A stretch of 64,000 bases of DNA, from positions 9,707-73,706 of the forward strand of contig CABXDN010000005.1 of the NCBI GenBank assembly GCA_902511005.1, read 5' to 3'. This DNA comes from an uncultured Candidatus Poseidoniales archaeon. Its GTDB lineage: Archaea; Thermoplasmatota; Poseidoniia; Poseidoniales; Thalassarchaeaceae. Shown one piece after another: positions 27,235 to 36,085 of this stretch (position 1 is its first letter; every line of letters starts with the position of its first letter). Under the pieces are notes generated by a model. That model saw only the letters and a list, made by a program, of their open reading frames with translations. It made no database searches and was not told where the DNA came from. Made by a program: the position numbers and the translations under genes.

Positions 27235-28697
27235 TGGAAATAACACCGATAATCGCTTATGGATTGATGCTTGCAACGCTTGGTTTTTTTGGATATGTAG
27301 GATATCAAGCAGCGAATGAAAAAGAAGTCAATGTGGATGAATATCTTTCAGCCCGTGGTTCACAAAATTGGCTCAGAATTGGTCTGAGCTTGTTCGCTTC
27401 AGGTATGGGGATATGGATACTTTTCGGGCCTTCTGAAGTTGGCTATTATGGAGGTTTTTGGGACGTAGTAGGATATGCTGTTTCAGCAGCTACTCCATTT
27501 CTACTGTTAGCTTATGTTGGACCAATAATTCGTTCTAGATTACCTTCTGGAGTTACTCTTGCAGATTATGTTAGGATGCGATTGGGGCGAGAAATGCAGA
27601 TCTATGTCGGATTAATTTCATTTCTTTACATGTTCACATTCCTATTTGCTGAATTTACAGCTATCGGTAAATCAATGGAAATTCTTTCGGGTACTAATTC
27701 TCTGATTCCAATGGTACTGGTTGGAATTGTGACTGCTGGATACGTTTCTCGAGGTGGTCTTCCGGCTTCATTAGCTACTGACAGGATTCAAGCATGGACA
27801 ATAGTCTTCCTCGTCGTTACTCTATTACTGGTTTTATTTGGAGGGGATATTGATGGATTGATTACGGATTCAAAGGCATATAATCCTGAAGACTCTTGGA
27901 GTATAGGTTCAATGTCATATATGGACTCTTTCAAATCAGGTTTGGCTTTGGTAGTTGCAATTACTGCTGCAGAGATGTTTTCTCAGGGGAACTGGCAACG
28001 TGCATGGGCATCTGAATCAGATGAGGCTCTAACTAAGGGCGCTTGGTTGGCTGCTGCAATGGTTCTGCCATTGGTTTTTGTAATGGGTGTACTCGGAACT
28101 GTAGTTGCTGGTAGAGGATATGTAGAAGACCCATCTGCAGCATTTTTCTATCTGATTGATGATGCAGGAGTACTCTTTATTGCTTCATTTATTGTACTTG
28201 CGATTGCACTTGTTTGTTCAAGTGTCGATACTTTACAAAATGCCATCGTAGCCACAATTTCTAGAGATTTAAGTGACAGTCAGTTAGGCGTTAAAGAAGC
28301 ACGTCTAATTTCTGTAGGGATGATACCTATTGCGATATATTTGGCCACCGGTCCTACTATTTTTAATTTTGAATTAAATGCTTTGGGAGTATTTGAGATA
28401 TTCCTTTTTGCTGACTTATTAGCTGCTGCAACAGTGGCTCCAGTGCTACTTACTTTATGGGGTCGAATCTCATCTAAAGGTGCATTACTTGGTGCTATTG
28501 GTGGTTTATTTTCGGTTGTAGCTTATGGGGCATTTGATGAGAATTTAGGTGCAGGAATTGATTATCTATTGTCTCCAACTAATGAGTTTGGTTTAGCAAA
28601 TTTAGAAGTTTTCCTTAGTGCATTACTTGGCTCAATAATCATTACAATCATCATGTCAATTTTATTGCCTGATGAAGATAATAATCTCATAAACTGA
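27234..28697 (+). CDS. sodium:solute symporter (SSS) family transporter, riboswitch-controlled; candidate thiamine or thiamine-precursor importer (ThiV-like)
   Basis: Polytopic, about 13 TM helices, with an SSS-like N-terminus YLSARGSQNWLRIGLSLFASGMG. The ORF-track start at 27213 lies inside the riboswitch core (TAATGCCAGCG). The ATG at 27234 (MEITPIIAYG...) sits 8 nt after GGAGGA. Confidence 0.75.
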   Translation: MEITPIIAYGLMLATLGFFGYVGYQAANEKEVNVDEYLSARGSQNWLRIGLSLFASGMGIWILFGPSEVGYYGGFWDVVGYAVSAATPFLLLAYVGPIIRSRLPSGVTLADYVRMRLGREMQIYVGLISFLYMFTFLFAEFTAIGKSMEILSGTNSLIPMVLVGIVTAGYVSRGGLPASLATDRIQAWTIVFLVVTLLLVLFGGDIDGLITDSKAYNPEDSWSIGSMSYMDSFKSGLALVVAITAAEMFSQGNWQRAWASESDEALTKGAWLAAAMVLPLVFVMGVLGTVVAGRGYVEDPSAAFFYLIDDAGVLFIASFIVLAIALVCSSVDTLQNAIVATISRDLSDSQLGVKEARLISVGMIPIAIYLATGPTIFNFELNALGVFEIFLFADLLAAATVAPVLLTLWGRISSKGALLGAIGGLFSVVAYGAFDENLGAGIDYLLSPTNEFGLANLEVFLSALLGSIIITIIMSILLPDEDNNLIN

Positions 28698-28737
28698 CAA
28701 TGTTAACTTCATATGCTTCACCTAATCTGTCTTAGAC

Positions 28738-29526
28738 ATGGAAAATGATTCCATCATATCAAAATTGACAATGCCTTGGAAAAGATTCTGGGGTGGTTCT
28801 TGGGGGCGAAGAGAAATTCTTAATGGTAACTGGTTTCCTCTTGAAGTGTTTGTTTTTGGATTAATTTTCATTGCAGTTCCATACTTTGGTTCCAATAATA
28901 TTGCACATTTTTATCTTGAAGATGCCTTTTCAGTATTCCCCGAGATTTCCTATGATCGTTCTGTTCCTGTAATTAATTGGATGATAATTCCTTATGCTGC
29001 TTTGTACCTATTTTATCCTGCAACTTTGATATTAGCTCCAAAGAATGACAAAGGTCGTTTGGAATTAATATCAGCAATGCAAATGCTAATTCTAGCCACC
29101 CTATTTTGTGTAATGTTCTTCTTATTATTTCCAGCAGAAGTTGACATGAGGAATCAAATTGATTGGGATTCAATGAATGGTCTAGAGACAATTCTCTTTG
29201 AGTTTATACATACTTCTGACAAGCCTTGGAATGCGTGGCCAAGTCTTCATATTGTTCATTCATATTGCCTTGCAAGAATGATTACTCATTGGTTAAATCA
29301 CAACTATTCAGAAACTAAATGGGCGAAACCATTCATGATACTATTGTGGGTTGAATGGACACTACTATGCATTAGTATACTCACAACCAAACAGCACTAT
29401 ATGTTCGATTTGTTTTCTGGTATGTTTGTAGGGTATTTCGCTTGGAGATTTTTCCAACCTACACTCGATAAAATACGATCTAGTGATGTCGATCCAATAT
29501 TGGAAGAAATCGGTTGGTCTAACTAA
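28738..29526 (+). CDS. PAP2-superfamily integral membrane protein (sphingomyelin-synthase-like PAP2_C type)
   Basis: About 6 TM helices. WPSLHIVHS and TKQHYMFDLFSGMFVGY resemble the S-G-H-T and H-Y-x-x-D-V-x3-Y motifs of the PAP2_C/SMS family. Confidence 0.5.
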   Translation: MENDSIISKLTMPWKRFWGGSWGRREILNGNWFPLEVFVFGLIFIAVPYFGSNNIAHFYLEDAFSVFPEISYDRSVPVINWMIIPYAALYLFYPATLILAPKNDKGRLELISAMQMLILATLFCVMFFLLFPAEVDMRNQIDWDSMNGLETILFEFIHTSDKPWNAWPSLHIVHSYCLARMITHWLNHNYSETKWAKPFMILLWVEWTLLCISILTTKQHYMFDLFSGMFVGYFAWRFFQPTLDKIRSSDVDPILEEIGWSN

Positions 29527-31655
29527 TTGTAAACTATTGGTAAGAATGCATTAGCTGCATCTTCACAAGAGTTAGCAACATCATCAAGTCTCTGCAATAC
29601 TCTGTACATATGTACCGCTGCAAGAGGGTCATCTGCTCCTTCTCTAAATACGAACCCTGCCGCACGACTTTCAACTAAGTCTGCCTCATGTTCTGCAAGA
29701 TTTACTTGATGAATTAATTCTCTTAACTCAGTTCTTCCCTTCTTGGTGTATCCAGAAAGTGTTAGATCTCTCAGGTGCAAGACTGTATCTTCGTAAACTG
29801 CTGCAGTTTTTTGTACAGCCTCAGCCATCTCGATTACCATTTCCCTCGCCTCTTCATTTTTGTAAAGTTCTCTGAAAGACAGTTGTTCTGCAACATTTTG
29901 TGCATAATCTGCTATCCTATCTTGTCTTCCGAGCATGTATAGAAACTCATCACTATCGATTAATAGTTTCCAGCCTTTACTACCAACCTTCTCTCTTAAA
30001 GCATTCTTGATATCATCAGCTCTTAACTCAGCCTCAATTGTCGCATTTATTTCTTCAGACGCGTCTTCTCCTTTTGCGCTCTTTTTCACAGCACTTAACA
30101 TGTGCTCGACAGTTTCCTCTACTGCCTCAGCATGAGTGTGGAATAATTCGAAAACTGTAGGATCATATTTTCCACCGTCTGCACCAGCATCTGCTAATGC
30201 ATCTTCTACAAATATTTCATCGCCACTAGTTTTCCACATAACATATCCTACTAATAAGAATGAGATAGGAAGTACTACAATCAATTTCAATGGATCTGAG
30301 CCCATGGCAACATAGAGTGTTACTGAACCAAAACCTGCTGCTGGGAGACTTGCTACCCATGAAGCAGCAATTTTACTGAAGACTTTGAAATCGACATTTT
30401 TTGCACCTCCTGCTAATCCTACACCAACTACTGAACCGACTAAAGTATGAGTGGTAGATACTGGTACAGCCAAAAATGGCATAGAGAAAATCAGGATTGT
30501 TGTAGCGGCACCAAATTCTGCTGCGAATCCTCTTGTAGGTGTTATATCTGTAATTTTAGTACCAATTGTTTCCATTACTCTCCATCCCCATGTAACTACA
30601 CCAACTGCAATTCCAACAGAACCTAAGAGTACTAACCACAATGGGACGTCAACTTGATCTGCCAAACCGCCGCCACTAGAAAGAATATCATATACTGCAG
30701 CCATCGGCCCTATTGCATTCGATCTATCATTTGCTCCATGAGCGAATGCAACATAAGCAGCAGTGATAATCTGCAACCAAACGAATATTTTCTCTACGCC
30801 CTGGAAACCCTCTCCTTGTTTCTTGAAGTCGTAATTCCTTAATACCGACCAAAGTATTAATGATGCTATACAACCAATTGCGAATGAAACCATTAACGAA
30901 TTAATCGGGAACCAAGCATTTTCAGACATCGGATTAAAAACACCATCTGCCTCTTTGTAAGGTAACCAATCGTTTTTATCTGCTATCCATCCATTGGAAT
31001 CTGCTTTAGATATGAATCCTTTCAAAGCTTTGAACTGTAATGCAAGTCCTAATGTGAAAAATGTTGGCAGTGCAAGTATTGGTGCCAACCATCTTGATCT
31101 TGCAATAGGATCTTTCGCTTCTAATATTGTTGAACGCACTATGAAGAATGAGAAAAATGCTAGTATTCCTCCCATCAGTGGGCTTGCTACCCATGAAATT
31201 ACTACTTTTCTAACAACTTCCCAATCTATTAGTGATGCGTCATGTTGAACTTCTAAAACTAATCCTACACCTACTATTCCTCCTATTATTGAGTGGGTGG
31301 TTGAAACAGGCAATCCAAAACGTGTCGCTATAGTCAACCAAACTGCTGCAGCCATCATTGCAGCGATAAATCCAAACATCAAATCATTAGCAAAAGCATC
31401 GGTGACAAGATTTTCATCAGCGAGATTAATATTCAGAATTCCTTTTCTTACAGTATCTGTGACCGCGTCTCCTGCAAAGAATGCACCACAAAATTCGAAC
31501 ACTGCTGCTATAATTACTGCTTGTTTTAATGTGAGTGCACGAGAACCTACTGAGGTGCCCATTGCATTAGCAACATCATTCGCTCCAATGTTCCATGACA
31601 TATAGGCGCATACTGCGATAGCAAGCATTAGAACTACAATCATAATTGGTTCCAT
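29523..31655 (-). CDS. PiT-family inorganic phosphate transporter fused to a C-terminal DUF47/PhoU-like cytoplasmic domain
   Basis: Two PHO4 repeats (GANDVANAMGTSVGS and GANDRSNAIGPMAAV). The C-terminal ~220 aa are helical (HTHAEAVEETVEHML...IEAELRADDI...LAEHEADLVE...LDDVANSCEDAANA), typical of the DUF47 regulator normally encoded as a separate gene beside pit. Confidence 0.82.
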   Translation of the reverse strand: MEPIMIVVLMLAIAVCAYMSWNIGANDVANAMGTSVGSRALTLKQAVIIAAVFEFCGAFFAGDAVTDTVRKGILNINLADENLVTDAFANDLMFGFIAAMMAAAVWLTIATRFGLPVSTTHSIIGGIVGVGLVLEVQHDASLIDWEVVRKVVISWVASPLMGGILAFFSFFIVRSTILEAKDPIARSRWLAPILALPTFFTLGLALQFKALKGFISKADSNGWIADKNDWLPYKEADGVFNPMSENAWFPINSLMVSFAIGCIASLILWSVLRNYDFKKQGEGFQGVEKIFVWLQIITAAYVAFAHGANDRSNAIGPMAAVYDILSSGGGLADQVDVPLWLVLLGSVGIAVGVVTWGWRVMETIGTKITDITPTRGFAAEFGAATTILIFSMPFLAVPVSTTHTLVGSVVGVGLAGGAKNVDFKVFSKIAASWVASLPAAGFGSVTLYVAMGSDPLKLIVVLPISFLLVGYVMWKTSGDEIFVEDALADAGADGGKYDPTVFELFHTHAEAVEETVEHMLSAVKKSAKGEDASEEINATIEAELRADDIKNALREKVGSKGWKLLIDSDEFLYMLGRQDRIADYAQNVAEQLSFRELYKNEEAREMVIEMAEAVQKTAAVYEDTVLHLRDLTLSGYTKKGRTELRELIHQVNLAEHEADLVESRAAGFVFREGADDPLAAVHMYRVLQRLDDVANSCEDAANAFLPIVYN

Positions 31656-31697
31656 GTCCTAATCTAATCCACTTCAGTTTATGAATTTTGAAATATA

Positions 31698-31713
31698 GAA
31701 ACTATATAGTTTT
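31698..31713. promoter_or_regulatory. perfect 16-bp palindrome GAAACTATATAGTTTC in the pit/phoU divergent intergenic region (candidate operator)
   Basis: Read directly; the half-sites GAAACTAT and ATAGTTTC are exact reverse complements. A related half-site GAAATATAG lies immediately upstream. Confidence 0.3.
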
Positions 31714-31737
31714 CTTAAAAACGCTGTACTGAGATTT

Positions 31738-31753
31738 ATATATAATTATATAT
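31738..31753. promoter_or_regulatory. perfect 16-bp AT palindrome ATATATAATTATATAT, candidate TATA-box region for phoU (and possibly bidirectional)
   Basis: Read directly. It ends 22 nt upstream of the phoU ATG at 31776, a distance compatible with an archaeal TATA box of a short-leader mRNA. Confidence 0.35.
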
Positions 31754-31775
31754 CTTAGGTTATCTTCGGCCCAAC

Positions 31776-32822
31776 ATGAACTCTGAGAGTGGGGCTAAGT
31801 CAGAAGTTAGAAAGATACAGTTAACAGGTGGCTCGACCTACATAGTCAGTCTACCAAAAAGTTGGGTAACTCAACATGGTTTAGGTGCTAGAGATGAAGT
31901 AAGAATCGAATGGCGTCCTTCAGGTACATTGAGAGTAATAGCAGATGCATCTTCAGTAGTTAAACAAAGAGAAGTAAGGATAAATTGTAACGAAATACCT
32001 GATCATATGATATTCGATCATTTAGTTGCGTCTTACTTGTCGGGGGCTCATCGAATAATTATCTCATCGAATATGGAATTTTCCCGCTTTCAGAGGAAAA
32101 TATTTCGTGATTTTGTTAAATCAACAAGAGGTCTTGAAATAACTAACGATCATAATCGAGAAATTGAAATGATAAGTTTACTTAATCCTTCTGAAATGCC
32201 GCTATTTTCAAGTATAAATCGCATGTATCTATTGATATCTCGGCAAATAAGAGACTTTTCTGAAGTTCTTATGGGCGGTGACCCTGATATTCTTGAAGAA
32301 TCTTCTGAGTTAGAGAATGAAGTAGATGCTTTACGATTACTTCTTGAAAGGCAGGCTGGTCAGATTTTAGAATCTGCAAGTATTGAAGACTCTTTGGGGA
32401 CTTCAAGGTGGGAAGCTGCAGAATTGTGTAAATTAGTTAGGACATTGGAAAGAATGGGAGATCATAGTTTTGCTTTATGCGACTTAGCGAAATCATACAA
32501 AGCCCCTAATCTAATTAATATGGATTCACTTCCAATATCTATAATTCCAATCTGGCATAATTCAATAAAATTATTAGTATCCAATTTGAAAAATAGAAAT
32601 TTTTCTGAAATTCATGATGCTAAATTCAAATTAATTACTGCTCAAAAAGATTTAATTCAATATGAAGAGGCACTAAGGGCTAGTGATGTCGATATTTCTG
32701 ATGCTTTATTTTTAGATCGAGTTTCAGAATCGTTGAGGAGAATTTGTGCTTATTCAATAAACATGGCTGAAATATTAATGAATATACAAACACATAGAGA
32801 TTCTATAGAAGTATATACTTAG
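31776..32822 (+). CDS. phoU: archaeal phosphate-uptake regulator: N-terminal AbrB/SpoVT DNA-binding domain fused to PhoU repeats
   Basis: KIQLTGGSTYIVSLPKSWVTQHGL is an AbrB-like swapped-hairpin motif. It is followed by two helical PhoU-like repeats (LERMGDHSFALCD..., ICAYSINMAE). Confidence 0.78.
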   Translation: MNSESGAKSEVRKIQLTGGSTYIVSLPKSWVTQHGLGARDEVRIEWRPSGTLRVIADASSVVKQREVRINCNEIPDHMIFDHLVASYLSGAHRIIISSNMEFSRFQRKIFRDFVKSTRGLEITNDHNREIEMISLLNPSEMPLFSSINRMYLLISRQIRDFSEVLMGGDPDILEESSELENEVDALRLLLERQAGQILESASIEDSLGTSRWEAAELCKLVRTLERMGDHSFALCDLAKSYKAPNLINMDSLPISIIPIWHNSIKLLVSNLKNRNFSEIHDAKFKLITAQKDLIQYEEALRASDVDISDALFLDRVSESLRRICAYSINMAEILMNIQTHRDSIEVYT

Positions 32823-32847
32823 TTTTACGAGTCAGTTCATTTCAGAA

Positions 32848-34506
32848 TTATTCAGTTAATTCTCCTCGTACAAATTTAATGTATCTCTGTTCTTCATTTT
32901 CTTCAAATGGGTGTTCTCCGATATTTTGTTGATATGCAATGCCTATCCATGAGCCATCTTCACTAATCACGGTCTCAAAGAAATCATGTAAAGCGTGAAC
33001 GTCTGAATTTGCTTCCTCATATGCTGTGACAATATGAAGTGGCTCAGGATCTGCGATAGTGAATTCCCATTGGTCTCCTTCTTGTGGTTCATTCAATGCT
33101 CCAGCATAAAGATACCATTCTTCTCCTTCAACATAGTCTCCATCTAAATCTCCATCCTCAAAATCTAAGCCATAGAATGCTAAAGTAACTATATTTTCAT
33201 CACTAATGCTTACAAATGGATACATCTGAATGCCATTGATATGAGATACATTCCAAGTAGACCAATTAACTCCATAATCATATGATAAAGCGATTCTTAA
33301 TTCCCAAGCTCCGATGCTTCCATTAGGACAGTCTGCCCAAACTACTGCTACAGTCCCTTTTTCATTTGTATTTACTACAGGATAACCCTCTGGACAATTT
33401 CCTTCCCTTGGACCTACCTCAATAGGTGCTTGCCAAGTTCCATCGGTAAGCCCAGTCCCTCTTCCATAGTCATCACTAATTCTCACAACAACCTCTCCAC
33501 TGTTTGTATCTGCATCTTCTTGAGCGATATAGACATAAGATCCATGTCTTTGACTTGCAATTGTACTCCATCCTCCAGGCACAGCATAGCATTGACTAAA
33601 TGTCAAACCACCATCTTCAGAATGGTAATACCAATATCTACCGACGTCTCCTGTACATTCAGGTGGAGACGCCCCTGAGTTACCTAGGTAATGGATAATT
33701 CCATCTCCCTGTGCAGCAACCCATGGTCTATCATCTGCAGCCATTGTATTCATTCTTTGACATAATCCCGTATCATAGGATGTGCCATTATTTGAAAGAG
33801 TATGCCACCAATTATCTTCCAAAGTCGTATCTAGATAGTACACAGTATCCTGTGCATCTACTGAAATATCTCCCTCGTCTCCTAGACATTCTGAACCACC
33901 GGAAAAGTAATTCGCTGTAAATGAATTACCAGGAGTAGAACCAAAATTTTCTCCATGACCCCATGTGGTGCCGTTATCATAAGATGCCCAAAACCAAGAA
34001 GCCCAGTAATCCCAACTAGTTTCTGCCCCATCTTGACATGCATACCAGGGCCCAGGTTCTCCTCCTAATACTGGGAAAAATGGATTACTTTCCCCACCCC
34101 ATCGTAAATCTTTGTGTGCCGTTATGAACATATTTCCATTACTTGTTATAGAAATACTGGGCTCATATCCTATTCCAAATTCGGGAAGATCTTGTCCATT
34201 TGACTCGTCCACACATTCGGGATGTCTCGGCAAATACTGGCTTTCACTCCACGTGATAGAAATCGAACTCGAATCCTCCACACTATTTCCTTCAGGGTTT
34301 TCATTACCATTCAATACAAAAAAATGCATAGAAGCAGCTACAAGTATTACCACTAATAATATCGAATTAATTGACAAAATTAATTTATCTTTATCCATCT
34401 TTTTTCTATTGATATATATGATTGGATCAGAATCAATAGATGAGTTTTCTTCTGACTCCATAATACTACGAATAGTATCTATGCTTTGAGTGTCACCTAT
34501 TGGCAT
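32848..34506 (-). CDS. membrane-anchored BNR/Asp-box repeat (sialidase-like beta-propeller) protein
   Basis: N-terminal TM LILSINSILLVVILVAASMHFFVL. Asp-boxes SYDNGTTWG, SEDGGLTFS and SYDYGVNWS fit the S-x-D-x-G-x-T-W pattern. Confidence 0.68.
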   Translation of the reverse strand: MPIGDTQSIDTIRSIMESEENSSIDSDPIIYINRKKMDKDKLILSINSILLVVILVAASMHFFVLNGNENPEGNSVEDSSSISITWSESQYLPRHPECVDESNGQDLPEFGIGYEPSISITSNGNMFITAHKDLRWGGESNPFFPVLGGEPGPWYACQDGAETSWDYWASWFWASYDNGTTWGHGENFGSTPGNSFTANYFSGGSECLGDEGDISVDAQDTVYYLDTTLEDNWWHTLSNNGTSYDTGLCQRMNTMAADDRPWVAAQGDGIIHYLGNSGASPPECTGDVGRYWYYHSEDGGLTFSQCYAVPGGWSTIASQRHGSYVYIAQEDADTNSGEVVVRISDDYGRGTGLTDGTWQAPIEVGPREGNCPEGYPVVNTNEKGTVAVVWADCPNGSIGAWELRIALSYDYGVNWSTWNVSHINGIQMYPFVSISDENIVTLAFYGLDFEDGDLDGDYVEGEEWYLYAGALNEPQEGDQWEFTIADPEPLHIVTAYEEANSDVHALHDFFETVISEDGSWIGIAYQQNIGEHPFEENEEQRYIKFVRGELTE

Positions 34507-34515
34507 AGTAAATTA

Positions 34516-35997
34516 TTATCTTATAATCGTCGATACTAATTCGGTTTGTGTCAAGTAAATTAATAGCCCCATACCTGCAAACATCATCATCCATGCACCA
34601 ATGGATTTGATTAAACCTGTTGAGTTTCTGAGATAACCAATCATCGCTTGTCTTCCCATGCTAACCAATGCTGTCACAGCGATCATAAGGAAGCTGACTG
34701 AAATCATCAACCCAATAAGGCCAAAGAAAAATTCTGCTCTTCCTACGATTGCTAGCCATCCTATGAACGGAAATACTGCCGCAGCAGTACAATCAACTGA
34801 CGCTGCAGAGTATCCAATACCCCATAAATACATATTTCTCCTTGGCGTGAATAGTTCCTCATTGTCTTCTTTAGTTTGATATTTATCTATTATATTTTGA
34901 ACTCCAGAAAGTATGTGCGATGTCCAACCCAGTAGCATTAATCCTCCTAGTATAATTAGTAGGAATGATATACCCACTGCTATATCGTGCAGAAAACCAG
35001 ATAGAGGTAAAATTTCAGATAATCCAAAAATAATTATTCCGATTATTGAGAAGAAGGTTAATTGCCCCAAAGCGGCATATGAACCCATTGCCAAAGGCCC
35101 AGGCATATTTCCAATTAATTTTCCATTTTCTCTAAGTTCGTCTTCTCTCACCCCTAAGCTCAACGTATAGGTGATGTAGGATGGTAAAACTGGAAAAGCG
35201 CAAGGACTGAAGTATACTAGTACCCCTAAAAATAATCCGATTATGAAAACCCCATAAATCGACCTATCGGTTTTCTTAATTCCGAATCTTAGTTCTTCAG
35301 CATCTCCCTGATTTGCCTTTTCGACTGCATTATCGAAAGAATTCCAACCATCAAGTGGAGTCCCTGTACTTTCTTTTGCGACGACATAACCTTCGTGATC
35401 AATAACTAGGACTAGAGGCAATAATTGTGCCGAATAATATTCTACTATATCTCCTCTCTCTCCGTCTTCTAATACAATAGTTTCCGCCCCACCATTAACA
35501 ACAGGCCAGTACATATATTTTTCAGAATCAGAATCACCAAATGTTGAATTTATTTGTTCAAATGTCTCATATTCATACCAAGAAGCAATTGAAACAACAA
35601 TTACTGAGTAATTCCCCCCTAGTTCTCCCCAGGATTCTATATTCTGATTAATGTGCTCTTGTACATAATGGCAGTTTGCACAATCTATTGCCATGAAATC
35701 GAGTATGACTACATTACCGCGTAATTCCGATAATTGCATACTACCATTCTCTAAAGGAATTGTGTCATCAATTCCAGTTCTATTCATAGTCGGGGCGATA
35801 AAGTCAGACACGGGTTCAATTTCATCAGAAACACCATATATGGATGTTGATAATCCGAAAAGAGATAATGATGCAAAACCAATTACGCAGAATAATACTA
35901 ATCCGATTCCAAATGCTTTCCATGTATCTTTTTGTCTAAGAACGCTAAAGTCCAGACTTGCGTTCATAAACTGGCCTAAGAGATGGTAGTTTTTCAT
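34516..35997 (-). CDS. fusion of an extracytoplasmic thioredoxin-like (TlpA/ResA-type) domain with a CcdA/DsbD-type thiol-disulfide transmembrane electron transporter
   Basis: N-terminal TM, then VVILDFMAIDCANCHYVQ (CxxC). A polytopic domain follows with YFSPCAFPVLPSYI and SAASVDCTAAAVFPF, the two CcdA Cys motifs. Confidence 0.75.
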   Translation of the reverse strand: MKNYHLLGQFMNASLDFSVLRQKDTWKAFGIGLVLFCVIGFASLSLFGLSTSIYGVSDEIEPVSDFIAPTMNRTGIDDTIPLENGSMQLSELRGNVVILDFMAIDCANCHYVQEHINQNIESWGELGGNYSVIVVSIASWYEYETFEQINSTFGDSDSEKYMYWPVVNGGAETIVLEDGERGDIVEYYSAQLLPLVLVIDHEGYVVAKESTGTPLDGWNSFDNAVEKANQGDAEELRFGIKKTDRSIYGVFIIGLFLGVLVYFSPCAFPVLPSYITYTLSLGVREDELRENGKLIGNMPGPLAMGSYAALGQLTFFSIIGIIIFGLSEILPLSGFLHDIAVGISFLLIILGGLMLLGWTSHILSGVQNIIDKYQTKEDNEELFTPRRNMYLWGIGYSAASVDCTAAAVFPFIGWLAIVGRAEFFFGLIGLMISVSFLMIAVTALVSMGRQAMIGYLRNSTGLIKSIGAWMMMFAGMGLLIYLTQTELVSTIIR

Positions 35998-36085
35998 ACC
36001 GGCGCATTAGTGCTCATATTTTTTCAATTAAAAAAGACATTTGTCAATCTCATTGTTGAAGGCCTTGACTACACGCAAGAAGGTT

